DNA from: an uncultured Thiotrichaceae bacterium
GTDB taxonomy: Bacteria > Pseudomonadota > Gammaproteobacteria > SZUA-229
Direction: 5' to 3'
DNA: 32,959 nucleotides
Assembly (NCBI GenBank): GCA_964646145.1
Contig: CAZYCY010000001.1
Coordinates: 1-32,959 of the forward strand
The first letter of the stretch is position 1; each line of letters opens with the position of its first letter. The notes under the pieces were generated by a model, which was not told the origin of the DNA, ran no database searches, and worked only from the letters and a program-made list of their open reading frames with translations. Below are positions 1-8,260 of this stretch, in pieces. Position numbers and translations under genes: made by a program.

Positions 1-52
1 AAACCAGATATGACTGACCTATCCTTCAGACTCATTTCTTTATTGGAAAATA

Positions 53-260
53 CTCCTCTATTAATTCCATCCTTAGGTGCGTAAACGACACATCCGTGTG
101 TCACTTCTCGTGAAGATGAATCTTGAGTCCAAAATATGCCATATTTTCGTTGCAAATCTTCGCAATAGCCCACTCACGTGCCCATGTTGATAATATCGGA
201 CGCCTTAATCTGACCTATTTTGAATCTCAATCTTCACCTCCAGAATTAATAGAAATGCCC
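53..260 (+). mobile_element. ~210-bp MITE-like repeat (element X), copy A; outermost left terminus degenerate
   Basis: About 95% identical by eye to 23947..24159. Internal hairpin gacacatccgtgtgtc. Right end gaattaatagaaatgccc is the inverted complement of left tctattaattc. Confidence 0.6.
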
Positions 261-399
261 ATAACATATAGGCTATATTAAGAACCAAAACCCCTACATG
301 GCTATTTTTGTCCATTCCCCGATATGGTATCCCGTCCGCCTGTACGCGGGTAGGATGGTTATAGAGCATAACAATATATAGTTATGCTATGCATCCACT

Positions 400-558
400 A
401 TGGCAAGACTAGCGAGAGTAATATTACTCAATTTTTCGCATCACATAATTCAACGTGGAAATAGAAGACAGGATATTTTCTTTAAAGCAGGGGGCCATGA
501 GTGTTATCTTGAACTATTGAAAGAGTGGAGTAAAAAAGAGGAAATGGAGATGTTCTGA
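400..558 (+). pseudogene. 52-aa N-terminal stub of an IS200/IS605-type (COG1943, RAYT-like) Y1 transposase
   Basis: My own translation gives MARLARVILLNFSHHIIQRGNRRQDIFFKAGGHECYLELLKEW.... It matches the conserved N-terminus (..HHIIQRGNnRQ.IFF..eDY..YL.lL) of this family. It stops before the HUH and catalytic Tyr motifs. An 8-bp stem hairpin agcataac/gttatgct lies at 364..391, just upstream. Confidence 0.6.
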
Positions 559-933
559 ATCGTGCCACTTAATTACATAATCATAATGATCCGAAAGCTT
601 TTTAATTGATGCTAATAAATAATAAACATTATTGGATGAGGCGCGAAACCAGTCGATTAATTTGCCATCTGAATCATCGGATATAACGATGTCCAAGTTT
701 TTAATGCTTGTGCCCGATATGCAGCCACTCGGATTAGCCGCAGTGATAAACTGCCGCAATCCACATTTCGCTTTATCCGTCAATTCAAAATAATCCGACA
801 GTGATTGTTGAAAATCACCGTCAATTAACAGGACATGTTGTCCCATGTCGGCAAGAATGCCGCCAATATTAGCAGCGATAGAGGTCTTACCGACACCGCC
901 TTTGGTTGATACGATACCAAATACTTTAGCCAT
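514..933 (-). pseudogene. Truncated ParA/Soj-family partition ATPase
   Basis: Deviant Walker A KGGVGKTS and LLIDGDFQ are present. Homology ends after ..HYDYVI, where the Walker B/DTPP block should follow. The 139-aa ORF compares with about 210-260 aa for intact ParA. Its tail overlaps the transposase stub. Confidence 0.7.
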
Positions 934-1084
934 TTCTTTTTACCCGTAAAGTTAGTTATTCGTTTTATTGTTTCCGCAACAACCTCTAAAACCCCAAATA
1001 TCCGATATTGTGTAATATCGGAAGTATTGATATTGAAGTTTATTTGGCTATAATTAAAGGTATTTACTGTACCGACATAAAGCA

Positions 1085-2332
1085 ATGAATCTAAAACGAA
1101 TACCTCCAGCAGCGATTATTGACAATCTCAACTATATTGGTAACCCATTTAAGAAAAAGAGCTTTTCGGCGGCACCATACTTATCGACTAAAATACGTGG
1201 TGTTGATGCAGATTTAGAATTCGTTCTTAAGTTTCTGTATAGCTACAATGGCAGCACTGCAACTTTTAATAGCTATCGACGTGATCTGGAAAGACTTCTT
1301 CAATGGTGCTGGCGAATCGAACAAACTTCCTTATTAAATCTTAAACGTGAACACATCGAAGAGTTTATTCTTTTTTGTTTTAATCCACCGAAAGCCTGGA
1401 TAGGTATAAAGAATGTGGCGCGATTTAAAAATCTAAATGGCACACGTAAAGCCAACGATGAATGGCGACCCTTTGTCGTATCCGTTGCGAAGTCTGAGCA
1501 TAGTAATAATAAGACAGCAGATATAAGTCACTTTTGTCTATCACAAGCTGCTATTAAAGCCATGTTTACCGCTTTGTCTTCTTTTTACGAATACCTGATA
1601 CAGGAAAACCTTGTTGAATCAAACCCTGTTGCTCTTATTAAACAGAAAAGTAAATTTATCCGTAAAGATCAGTTAAAACCTGTTGTGAGGCGCATCAGTA
1701 CGCTACAGTGGGATTACGTATTGGAAACGGCAGAGTTAATGGCGTCTAAGGATCCTGGAGTGCATGAACGTACCTTGTTCATCATGAACTGTTTGTTTGC
1801 AATGTATCTTCGCATTTCAGAACTGGTCGCTGATGAGCGCTCCGCGCCGATTATGAGTAATTTCAGAAAAGACCATGACAGCAACTGGTGGTTTGACGTT
1901 ATCGGTAAAGGCAATAAAAACCGTTCTATTACTGTGTGCAATGACATGCTCAATGCACTCAAACGATATCGTAACTATTTAGGTCTATCGGAATTACCTA
2001 ATTTAGGTGAGCAAATACCGCTTATCTCCAAGACGAAAGGCAAAGGTTCAATTACAAGCACTCGACAGATTAGAAGCATTGTACAACGGTGTTTCGATAC
2101 GACCTATGAGCGTATGAAGGCTGACGGTCTTAAAGATGATGCTATTGAGCTAAAATCAGCCACAGTTCACTGGCTAAGGCACACAGGAATATCAGAGGAC
2201 GTAAAGTTTCGACCGCGTGAACACGTTCGCGATGATGCTGGACACGCCAGCATGGCCACCACAGATCGTTACATTGACTCTGACTTGCGTGAAAGGCATG
2301 AATCTGGGCGAAAAAAGCGCGTAAAATCCTAG
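1085..2332 (+). CDS. Tyrosine site-specific recombinase / integrase
   Basis: 415 aa. SAM-like N-domain (TFNSYRRDLERLLQWC). Catalytic-domain motifs are LRISEL (Arg), HWLRHTG (H-x-x-R) and GHASMATTDRY (nucleophile Tyr). Confidence 0.85.
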   Translation: MNLKRIPPAAIIDNLNYIGNPFKKKSFSAAPYLSTKIRGVDADLEFVLKFLYSYNGSTATFNSYRRDLERLLQWCWRIEQTSLLNLKREHIEEFILFCFNPPKAWIGIKNVARFKNLNGTRKANDEWRPFVVSVAKSEHSNNKTADISHFCLSQAAIKAMFTALSSFYEYLIQENLVESNPVALIKQKSKFIRKDQLKPVVRRISTLQWDYVLETAELMASKDPGVHERTLFIMNCLFAMYLRISELVADERSAPIMSNFRKDHDSNWWFDVIGKGNKNRSITVCNDMLNALKRYRNYLGLSELPNLGEQIPLISKTKGKGSITSTRQIRSIVQRCFDTTYERMKADGLKDDAIELKSATVHWLRHTGISEDVKFRPREHVRDDAGHASMATTDRYIDSDLRERHESGRKKRVKS

Positions 2333-2391
2333 AATAGAGATCAATATCCGGTTTGACGACAATTATGATGGTCGATAGATAGTTTAACCAC

Positions 2392-2539
2392 CCTATTTTC
2401 GTTGCAAATTTTCGCAATAGCCCGCTCACGTGCCCATGTTGATAATAACGTGCGCCTTAATCTGACCTATTTTGAATCTCAATCTTCACCTTCAGCAGCT
2501 AACTAAATTACCATGTTTGAGAGATACAAGAGATGCCCT
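2392..2539 (+). mobile_element. Element X copy B: lacks the left ~85 nt and has a replaced segment near the right end
   Basis: ctattttcgttgcaaattttcgcaatagcccgctcacgtgcccatgttgataat...tctgacctattttgaatctcaatcttcacc aligns with 138..238. It ends with the shared terminus agagatgccct. Confidence 0.55.
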
Positions 2540-3482
2540 ATAGATTATTTATATATGTAACCATCTTTTTGCGCATAGCTTCATCAGGCAGCCGCCCATG
2601 ACCCGCCGCCATATTCTCACGCAGATGCACCAGTTGTGAAGTTGCAGGGATAGCGCAGCTAACAGCAGGATGAGAAATAATAAATTTCAAAAAGAACTGC
2701 GCCCAGTTAGCGCAATCAATTTCACTGGCCCAATCGGGTAACGGGTAGCGTTCAAACTTGTCAAACAGTCTACCGCGTTGAAATGGACGGTTAATAATCA
2801 CCGCGATACCCATGTCTTTTGCCATCGGTAGCAAGTATTGTTCTGCTTCTCGATCCAGCACATTGTAGGTGAACTGCACAAAATCCAGCGGCTGTGTGCG
2901 CATGATGTGTTTTAACCGGTTATGACGACGACCGTGTGAGGTGGTCACGCCAACATAACGAATATCGCCCTCCTGCTTCATAAAAAATAAAGTCGGTAAA
3001 TGGGTCTGCCAGTCAAGCAGGTTATGCACCTGCATCAGATCGAATTGGTCTAATCCCCATAACAGGCGTGATCTCTCCATCTGAAGGAAACCCTGCCGAT
3101 TGCCGGTAGTCCACACCTTGGTCGCAGAAAATAAACCTTTATGCACAGCAATGCGTTGCAAAGCAATACCAATCACATCTTCCGCAACACCATACATCGG
3201 TGACGAATCCAACAACCCGCCACCGCGCTGCACAAATTCACGTACAATAGCAACGCGACTGGCTAACGCTGCCTCATCATCAGTATCAATCGCGAAAGTT
3301 AGCCACGAGCCAAGGCCAATAGTCGGAATTATCTCACCCGTAGAAGGGATAATACGTTTATGCCAGTCGGCAGACGCCGTGGCAGAAGGCAAAGCCGAAA
3401 AACTATGAGGGGCAGCCAGAGAAGAGCCAGCAACAGCCAGATATTTAACAAATTGACGACGTGTAATTGACACAAGCACCAC
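2538..3482 (-). CDS. Aldo/keto reductase with a twin-arginine (Tat) signal peptide
   Basis: 314 aa with a GTG start. The N-terminus ITRRQFVKYLAVAGSSLAAPHSFSA is Tat-like. The body has AKR-like blocks (LLDSSPMYG, VGVTTSH, INRPF). Confidence 0.8.
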   Translation of the reverse strand: MVLVSITRRQFVKYLAVAGSSLAAPHSFSALPSATASADWHKRIIPSTGEIIPTIGLGSWLTFAIDTDDEAALASRVAIVREFVQRGGGLLDSSPMYGVAEDVIGIALQRIAVHKGLFSATKVWTTGNRQGFLQMERSRLLWGLDQFDLMQVHNLLDWQTHLPTLFFMKQEGDIRYVGVTTSHGRRHNRLKHIMRTQPLDFVQFTYNVLDREAEQYLLPMAKDMGIAVIINRPFQRGRLFDKFERYPLPDWASEIDCANWAQFFLKFIISHPAVSCAIPATSQLVHLRENMAAGHGRLPDEAMRKKMVTYINNL

Positions 3483-3831
3483 CTGCGGTAATCAATTATT
3501 GATAAAACTATTCTACAACTAATGTAAAAATTGTCATACTGAAAAATTAGAAAGGGAACTACGCCATTAAACTCGGATTACTTATAAGAGCCAATAATTT
3601 TAATCTGGCAGCAGAGACATTGTGCTGTAAAATAAGACCATGGGAAACTTCTTCAGCATCAGCCGTCAGCACGAGTCCGCACATGCGGTAATAAACAATT
3701 GTGTACAATAACTCGAAACCAGCCCTGCCGAGGTGAATTTTGGCTTCCTCTATGCCACTCGCAGTATGCTGTGAAGAATGAAACCCTCAACGATTAATCA
3801 GAGATTCGCTAAAATATAAAAGGAGATGCAA

Positions 3832-4005
3832 ATGAAGACCATCATTAAATCAATCATCGTAGTATTGCTAACGACTCTGTCAATAACAGGCTGTTCCAGC
3901 AGCCCCGCACCGTTTAATGATCCATACAACCAGGCTGATTCTCAGAGAGATAGGTCGAAGCAAGCACAGCATGAATTGTCCACAGAAACATCCCGAGAGA
4001 GGTAG
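3832..4005 (+). CDS. Small (57-aa) lipoprotein, below the ORF-track cutoff
   Basis: My own translation gives MKTIIKSIIVVLLTTLSITGCSSSP.... It has a hydrophobic signal plus lipobox L-S-I-T-G-C. SD AAGGAG lies 7 nt upstream of the ATG. Confidence 0.55.
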   Translation: MKTIIKSIIVVLLTTLSITGCSSSPAPFNDPYNQADSQRDRSKQAQHELSTETSRER

Positions 4006-4135
4006 TGAAACACTAGCCCCCGAAGCAGGGCAATGGCATTCACTTAACCCATCTTTCGATTTAGCAGAAAGCAATTATATAAAAAAAACAAATAGTTACT
4101 AAATTTATGGAGTCGGAGTTGGCACTACAGATTCC

Positions 4136-4270
4136 ATTGTTCCCACGCTGCTCCCGCGTAGGAATACAACCACTGACGCTCTGCGTCTCGTTACATGCAA
4201 AAAACACACAACATAAGCGATTCTTGACGCGGAGCGTCTGAAAATTCATTCCCACGCAGAGCGTGGGAAT
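4136..4270. repeat. Cluster of four REP-like hairpins (A-B...B-A arrangement)
   Basis: Hairpins: ttcccacgct/cgcgtaggaa (4140..4164, imperfect), gacgc-tct-gcgtc (4175..4187), gacgc-gga-gcgtc (4226..4238), attcccacgc-aga-gcgtgggaat (4248..4270, perfect 10-bp stem). Confidence 0.55.
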
Positions 4271-4409
4271 GATAAATCAGTGAGTTATATGAGGTGTTTT
4301 ATTTTTTGTTTTTGTTGGGTATGTGAATGTCATTGCTTGCCGGGACGGGAGTCTCACCCGCTGGAATTATCGACCTTGCTCGCCGCACACCCCAATTATC
4401 TCCTAGTTT

Positions 4410-4439
4410 CTGATACTTGCCCCACGCCTTTTATATAAT
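4410..4439 (+). promoter_or_regulatory. Candidate sigma70 promoter for the plus-strand trio
   Basis: CTGATA (4410..4415), 18-nt spacer, perfect TATAAT (4434..4439), about 60 nt upstream of the 4500 ATG. The -35 element is weak. Confidence 0.25.
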
Positions 4440-4499
4440 GCCGGTAACAAGCTCACAAGCCTTGCAACTTTCCTTGTTTTTCAATAAATTAACAAGATT

Positions 4500-6392
4500 A
4501 TGGACTTTAGTGAATATAAAGCACTCGTCACCTCAATACCTTGCGGGAAAAAACTACCCGACTCTATTTATATTCACGAATCCGCAATTGACATCCTGCC
4601 TAGACAACTAGGTGCTCATTTCGCACGTGTAATAATAGATCTCGATTTAGATGATAAAGATTGGAATATCCTTAAATTCTTTAAGCGAGACCATAAAGTT
4701 GCACTGTTAAATTATCCTGGCTTCTTTGATGACAGTTACCCTGCACTGTATACAAGCTATACAATTGATCTTGAAAAGAAAACCTTTAGAAAAGCTAACT
4801 ACAATAAATCTGACAATCCGCCAATTCTGCACAGAAAAGAAACATTTCTAAAACCTGACCATCCGCTTGTTGCAGAATTTATAGAAATAACGCAGGAAGG
4901 TGAAGCTATAGGTCTCTATGAAAAAACAAGCCGAATTGGCTTTAAACAAAATTGGGAAAGGTTAATAAAATCTAAAGGATACTTTCTTGATAAACATGGT
5001 CGATTAAAACCATTAACTGAGAAACCGTTAGCTCAAACAAAACCATCAGATTTAAATGGTGATGTAGAACGACATAAAACAGCTATTGACCGTAATCAGC
5101 TATCACAGCCTATGCAGGCATTGACCAGGCATAATTATTTAAATGATGATTATAGTGTTCTCGATTATGGCTGTGGTAAGGGTGATGATGTTAGGGAATT
5201 AAAGGCACATGGAATTGATGTCACTGGCTGGGACCCTGTTCATAATCCCAACGAAGAATACTCTAACCGAGATATAGTGAATCTCGGCTTTGTGTTAAAT
5301 GTAATTGAAGACCGACAGGAACGGACAGAAACACTTATCAATGCATGGAAACATGCGGATAAAATTTTAGTTGTGGCGGTTATGGTTGCAGGTGAAAACG
5401 TCATTAGTCAATTTACACCATACAAAGATGGCGTTATAACCAGCAGAAATACATTTCAAAAATACTACTCTCAAGGTGAAATCCGTTACTACATCGAGAA
5501 TTCACTTGATGAAACGGCTATTGCAGTAGGCCAGGGTGTTTTTCTGATATTTAAAGACAAGCTCGAAGAACAAGCCTTTTTATCAGAACGTCAGCATATC
5601 AAACGTGATTGGTCACAAAAAATACAGCGCCAACTAGCACTTAAACCTAAAGCAATCAGAAAAGATGTCATTGATAAACATATCGAACTATTTACTGACT
5701 ACTGGGAAACCTCACTTGAATTAGGACGAATACCAGCAAATAATGAATTTGAATTCTCTGATCAAATACGCCGCATCTGTGGCTCACATAACAAAGCCCA
5801 CCAGGCATTACTTAAACATTTTGGTGAAGAAGTATTTATTGAATCCAAAGAAAAACGTAGAGAAGATCTCATCGTCTATTTTGCCTTAAGTCTTTTTGAA
5901 AAAAGGAAACCTCAAAGTAAAATGCCAGAAAATCTAAAACGAGATATCAAAGCTTTTTTTTCTTCATATCAACAGGCATTAGAAGAAGCACGAGAAATAT
6001 TATTCTCTGTGGGCAACCCAGTAACAATTAGTGAGGCGTGCAATGTTGCTTATAAAACACTAGGCTGTGGTCACATGGAAGATAGTCATAGCTTTACGTT
6101 TCATAAAGACAATTTAGGCGACCTTCCACCGGTACTTCGCATATATGTTGGATGCGCCACGCAACTATATGGCGATATCGATAATTTTCAACTTATTAAA
6201 GTACATATAAGATCTGGAAAGGTTAGCTTAATGCGGTATGATGATTGGTCAAAAAATGAACCACTACTCCTTGAGCGTATAAAAATCAAACTTAGAGAAC
6301 TAGATATTGATTTTTTCGAATACACAGGTAAGTATTTACCTCCACCATTAACTAACAAGTCATCATTTTTAAGTGGCGCATCAGAAACCTAA
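4500..6392 (+). CDS. DNA-phosphorothioation-associated putative methyltransferase-like protein (630 aa, three-part architecture)
   Basis: Central class-I SAM-binding motif VLDYGCGKGDDV with a downstream DIVNLGFVLNVIED block. The N-terminal region (PPILHRKETFLKPDHP...GLYEKT) is as I remember for the TIGRFAM dnd-related methyltransferase family. A ~270-aa C-terminal extension has unknown function. Confidence 0.7.
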   Translation: MDFSEYKALVTSIPCGKKLPDSIYIHESAIDILPRQLGAHFARVIIDLDLDDKDWNILKFFKRDHKVALLNYPGFFDDSYPALYTSYTIDLEKKTFRKANYNKSDNPPILHRKETFLKPDHPLVAEFIEITQEGEAIGLYEKTSRIGFKQNWERLIKSKGYFLDKHGRLKPLTEKPLAQTKPSDLNGDVERHKTAIDRNQLSQPMQALTRHNYLNDDYSVLDYGCGKGDDVRELKAHGIDVTGWDPVHNPNEEYSNRDIVNLGFVLNVIEDRQERTETLINAWKHADKILVVAVMVAGENVISQFTPYKDGVITSRNTFQKYYSQGEIRYYIENSLDETAIAVGQGVFLIFKDKLEEQAFLSERQHIKRDWSQKIQRQLALKPKAIRKDVIDKHIELFTDYWETSLELGRIPANNEFEFSDQIRRICGSHNKAHQALLKHFGEEVFIESKEKRREDLIVYFALSLFEKRKPQSKMPENLKRDIKAFFSSYQQALEEAREILFSVGNPVTISEACNVAYKTLGCGHMEDSHSFTFHKDNLGDLPPVLRIYVGCATQLYGDIDNFQLIKVHIRSGKVSLMRYDDWSKNEPLLLERIKIKLRELDIDFFEYTGKYLPPPLTNKSSFLSGASET

Positions 6393-6402
6393 GGAACCTA
6401 AT

Positions 6403-7224
6403 ATGAATAGCAATGGAACAGCCACACCTAAAAATGTCAAAGTAGGTATGCATGTTGAAATTAACCCTCAAACGGACCGTACAAGAAAAAAAATAGCCCC
6501 AGGGATAATATCAGAAATTTTAACTAAATCAAATAATCACCCTCATGGTGTATTAGTTCTACTTGAATCTGGTGAGAAAGGCAGAGTAAAAGCGATACTT
6601 GACCAGAATGGTAAAAACCAACATGCTGAAAACAAAACTGATCTAAAGGAAGAAAAAAACACCACTACTCTTAAAGAATATATAGCTGAAGGAGAAAATC
6701 ATCATGTTGAATTTAAATCTGGTGCTTTATGGAGCACTAAGTTTACAAATAATGATATAAAGAAGTACAAACCTCAATCAAATGAACTTCATGCATATGG
6801 TCAAAGCACGTCAAAGATTATAATTTCTAAAACACTTGCAGGATTTTTAAACACAGATGGTGGTACATTAATAATTGGGTTAAAAGAAAATAAAAATAAT
6901 AATAAAGACGAAGTTATTGGTATTGAAGTGGAGTTCGATAATTTGAAAGATCAATGCCAGGATGGCTATAGAAGAATGTTAGTTGATTTAATTAAAGACT
7001 ACTTCCCTTCTGATGTTTTCAACCACCTTAATCAATACCTACAAATTAGGTTCGAAAAAGTAAGTGGTAAAGTTATCTGTGGTGTTACTGCTTCTAGATC
7101 TGATCAGAGAGTATTTCTGAAACTTAAAAATGCTGATCATTTCTACATTAGAACAGATGCTTCTACTAGGGAACTGCATGGAGAAGAAATTCTTGATTAC
7201 TGTTTAAAACGATTTAATAAATAA
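6403..7224 (+). CDS. YwbE-like (DUF2196) N-terminal domain fused to an AlbA_2 (Schlafen-type) nucleic-acid-binding domain
   Basis: N-terminus GMHVEINPQTDRTRKKIAPGIISEILTKSNNHPHGVLVLLESGEKGRVKAIL matches the YwbE pattern. C-terminus has EGENHHVEFKSG and LAGFLNTDGGTLIIGL, the AlbA_2 signature. I place the start at ATG 6403 (SD AAGGA at 6391..6395) rather than the track's GTG 6373. Confidence 0.7.
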   Translation: MNSNGTATPKNVKVGMHVEINPQTDRTRKKIAPGIISEILTKSNNHPHGVLVLLESGEKGRVKAILDQNGKNQHAENKTDLKEEKNTTTLKEYIAEGENHHVEFKSGALWSTKFTNNDIKKYKPQSNELHAYGQSTSKIIISKTLAGFLNTDGGTLIIGLKENKNNNKDEVIGIEVEFDNLKDQCQDGYRRMLVDLIKDYFPSDVFNHLNQYLQIRFEKVSGKVICGVTASRSDQRVFLKLKNADHFYIRTDASTRELHGEEILDYCLKRFNK

Positions 7225-7273
7225 TATTTTATATTTTTACTACTAAAGCAGTCCGAGAATACTAGAGAAGCAT

Positions 7274-8260
7274 ATGTTATACAGAAACGGTGAAAATCTA
7301 AAAGAAGAGCTCATAAGATTTTTATCTAATAAAAAAAATGTAACTATTTTTTCACCCTATATTAAAGCAACAACATTGAACAAGTTATTGGAATCCACAG
7401 GCTTTAATTGCGAACAAATTATTGTACGATGGGAACCTATGGACCTAGCTCTAGGGTCGTCAGATATAGAAGTTTATAAAATATGTAAAGAGAATAACAT
7501 TGCCTTGTACATGAATAATCGTATACATCTCAAACTCTTCACAAACAATTTTAATGATGCCTTATTAGGGTCAGCCAATATCTCAGAGCGTGCAATAAGT
7601 GACAACACAAATCATTTTAACTATGAGGTATGCACTTATGTTCAATCCATTGATAGAGATGATCGTTTATATCTTCATAAAATAATTCATGAAAGTATTT
7701 TAGTAACAGATGATATTTACGATGCTATTGAAGCTCAAATTCCTGATATTTCTCCAGATATAAAAAATAAAAAACTTAAACTTCCAGCATCTACTAACGC
7801 AACATCAGACTTTCTCATTACAAAGTTACCAATGATAGACAACCCTACTCTGTTTTGGGAATTGTATTCTGGAAAGTTAGATATTGAATCTGAAGAACAA
7901 GAAAACTGTCTCTGTCACGATCTATCACTTTATGAAATTAATACACTGGAATGTAATAAAAGAGAATTTTTTGAAATCTTATCCAGAAACTTCTTTAGCT
8001 TACCATTCATTAACGCTTTTTTAGAAGAAATAGATAAATCAAAACGTAACACAAGGAGTGGTGAAGCAAGGGATGGGTTACAATTTGGCGCTGTAAGGAA
8101 ATGGTTCTCTAATAATACGACTTCTGTACCATCACCCAGACCATTTGAATTAACAAAAAATGTACAAATACTTTATTCTTGGATAGAGCACTTATCTAAT
8201 GGGAAATACACCATCTCTATACCAGGATCGCATTCACAGATTATAAAAAAAACGTACTAG
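7274..8260 (+). CDS. Single-HKD phospholipase-D-superfamily (Nuc/BfiI-like) putative nuclease with an unknown C-terminal domain
   Basis: 328 aa. RIHLKLFTNNFNDALLGSANIS equals H-x-K-x4-(N instead of D)-x6-G-S-x-N. Residues ~150-328 carry no motif I recognise. Confidence 0.65.
   Translation: MLYRNGENLKEELIRFLSNKKNVTIFSPYIKATTLNKLLESTGFNCEQIIVRWEPMDLALGSSDIEVYKICKENNIALYMNNRIHLKLFTNNFNDALLGSANISERAISDNTNHFNYEVCTYVQSIDRDDRLYLHKIIHESILVTDDIYDAIEAQIPDISPDIKNKKLKLPASTNATSDFLITKLPMIDNPTLFWELYSGKLDIESEEQENCLCHDLSLYEINTLECNKREFFEILSRNFFSLPFINAFLEEIDKSKRNTRSGEARDGLQFGAVRKWFSNNTTSVPSPRPFELTKNVQILYSWIEHLSNGKYTISIPGSHSQIIKKTY

Noticed and set aside
1-40. Possible 5' end of a minus-strand gene (MSLKDRSVISG...) running off the left edge.
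   Set aside because: Only ~11 codons are visible and the SD spacing is poor. It cannot be supported from this window.
825-1085. 86-aa minus-strand ORF overlapping the parA start region.
   Set aside because: It overlaps the parA remnant in another frame and extends over the integrase upstream region. No motifs are present.
4290-4400. Possible tRNA/tmRNA fragment as an island att site (gggagtctcacccgctgg region).
   Set aside because: I could not fold a cloverleaf or find a T-arm/CCA-like end. No matching direct repeat occurs at the right island border.
6373-6402. GTG start at 6373 for the YwbE::AlbA_2 gene, and the 17633, 23434, 28621 and 28642 starts given in the ORF track.
   Set aside because: Downstream ATGs (6403, 17693, 23494, 28687, 28606) have better SD spacing or match the conserved N-termini of the families. 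The upstream extensions overlap neighbouring genes or repeats.
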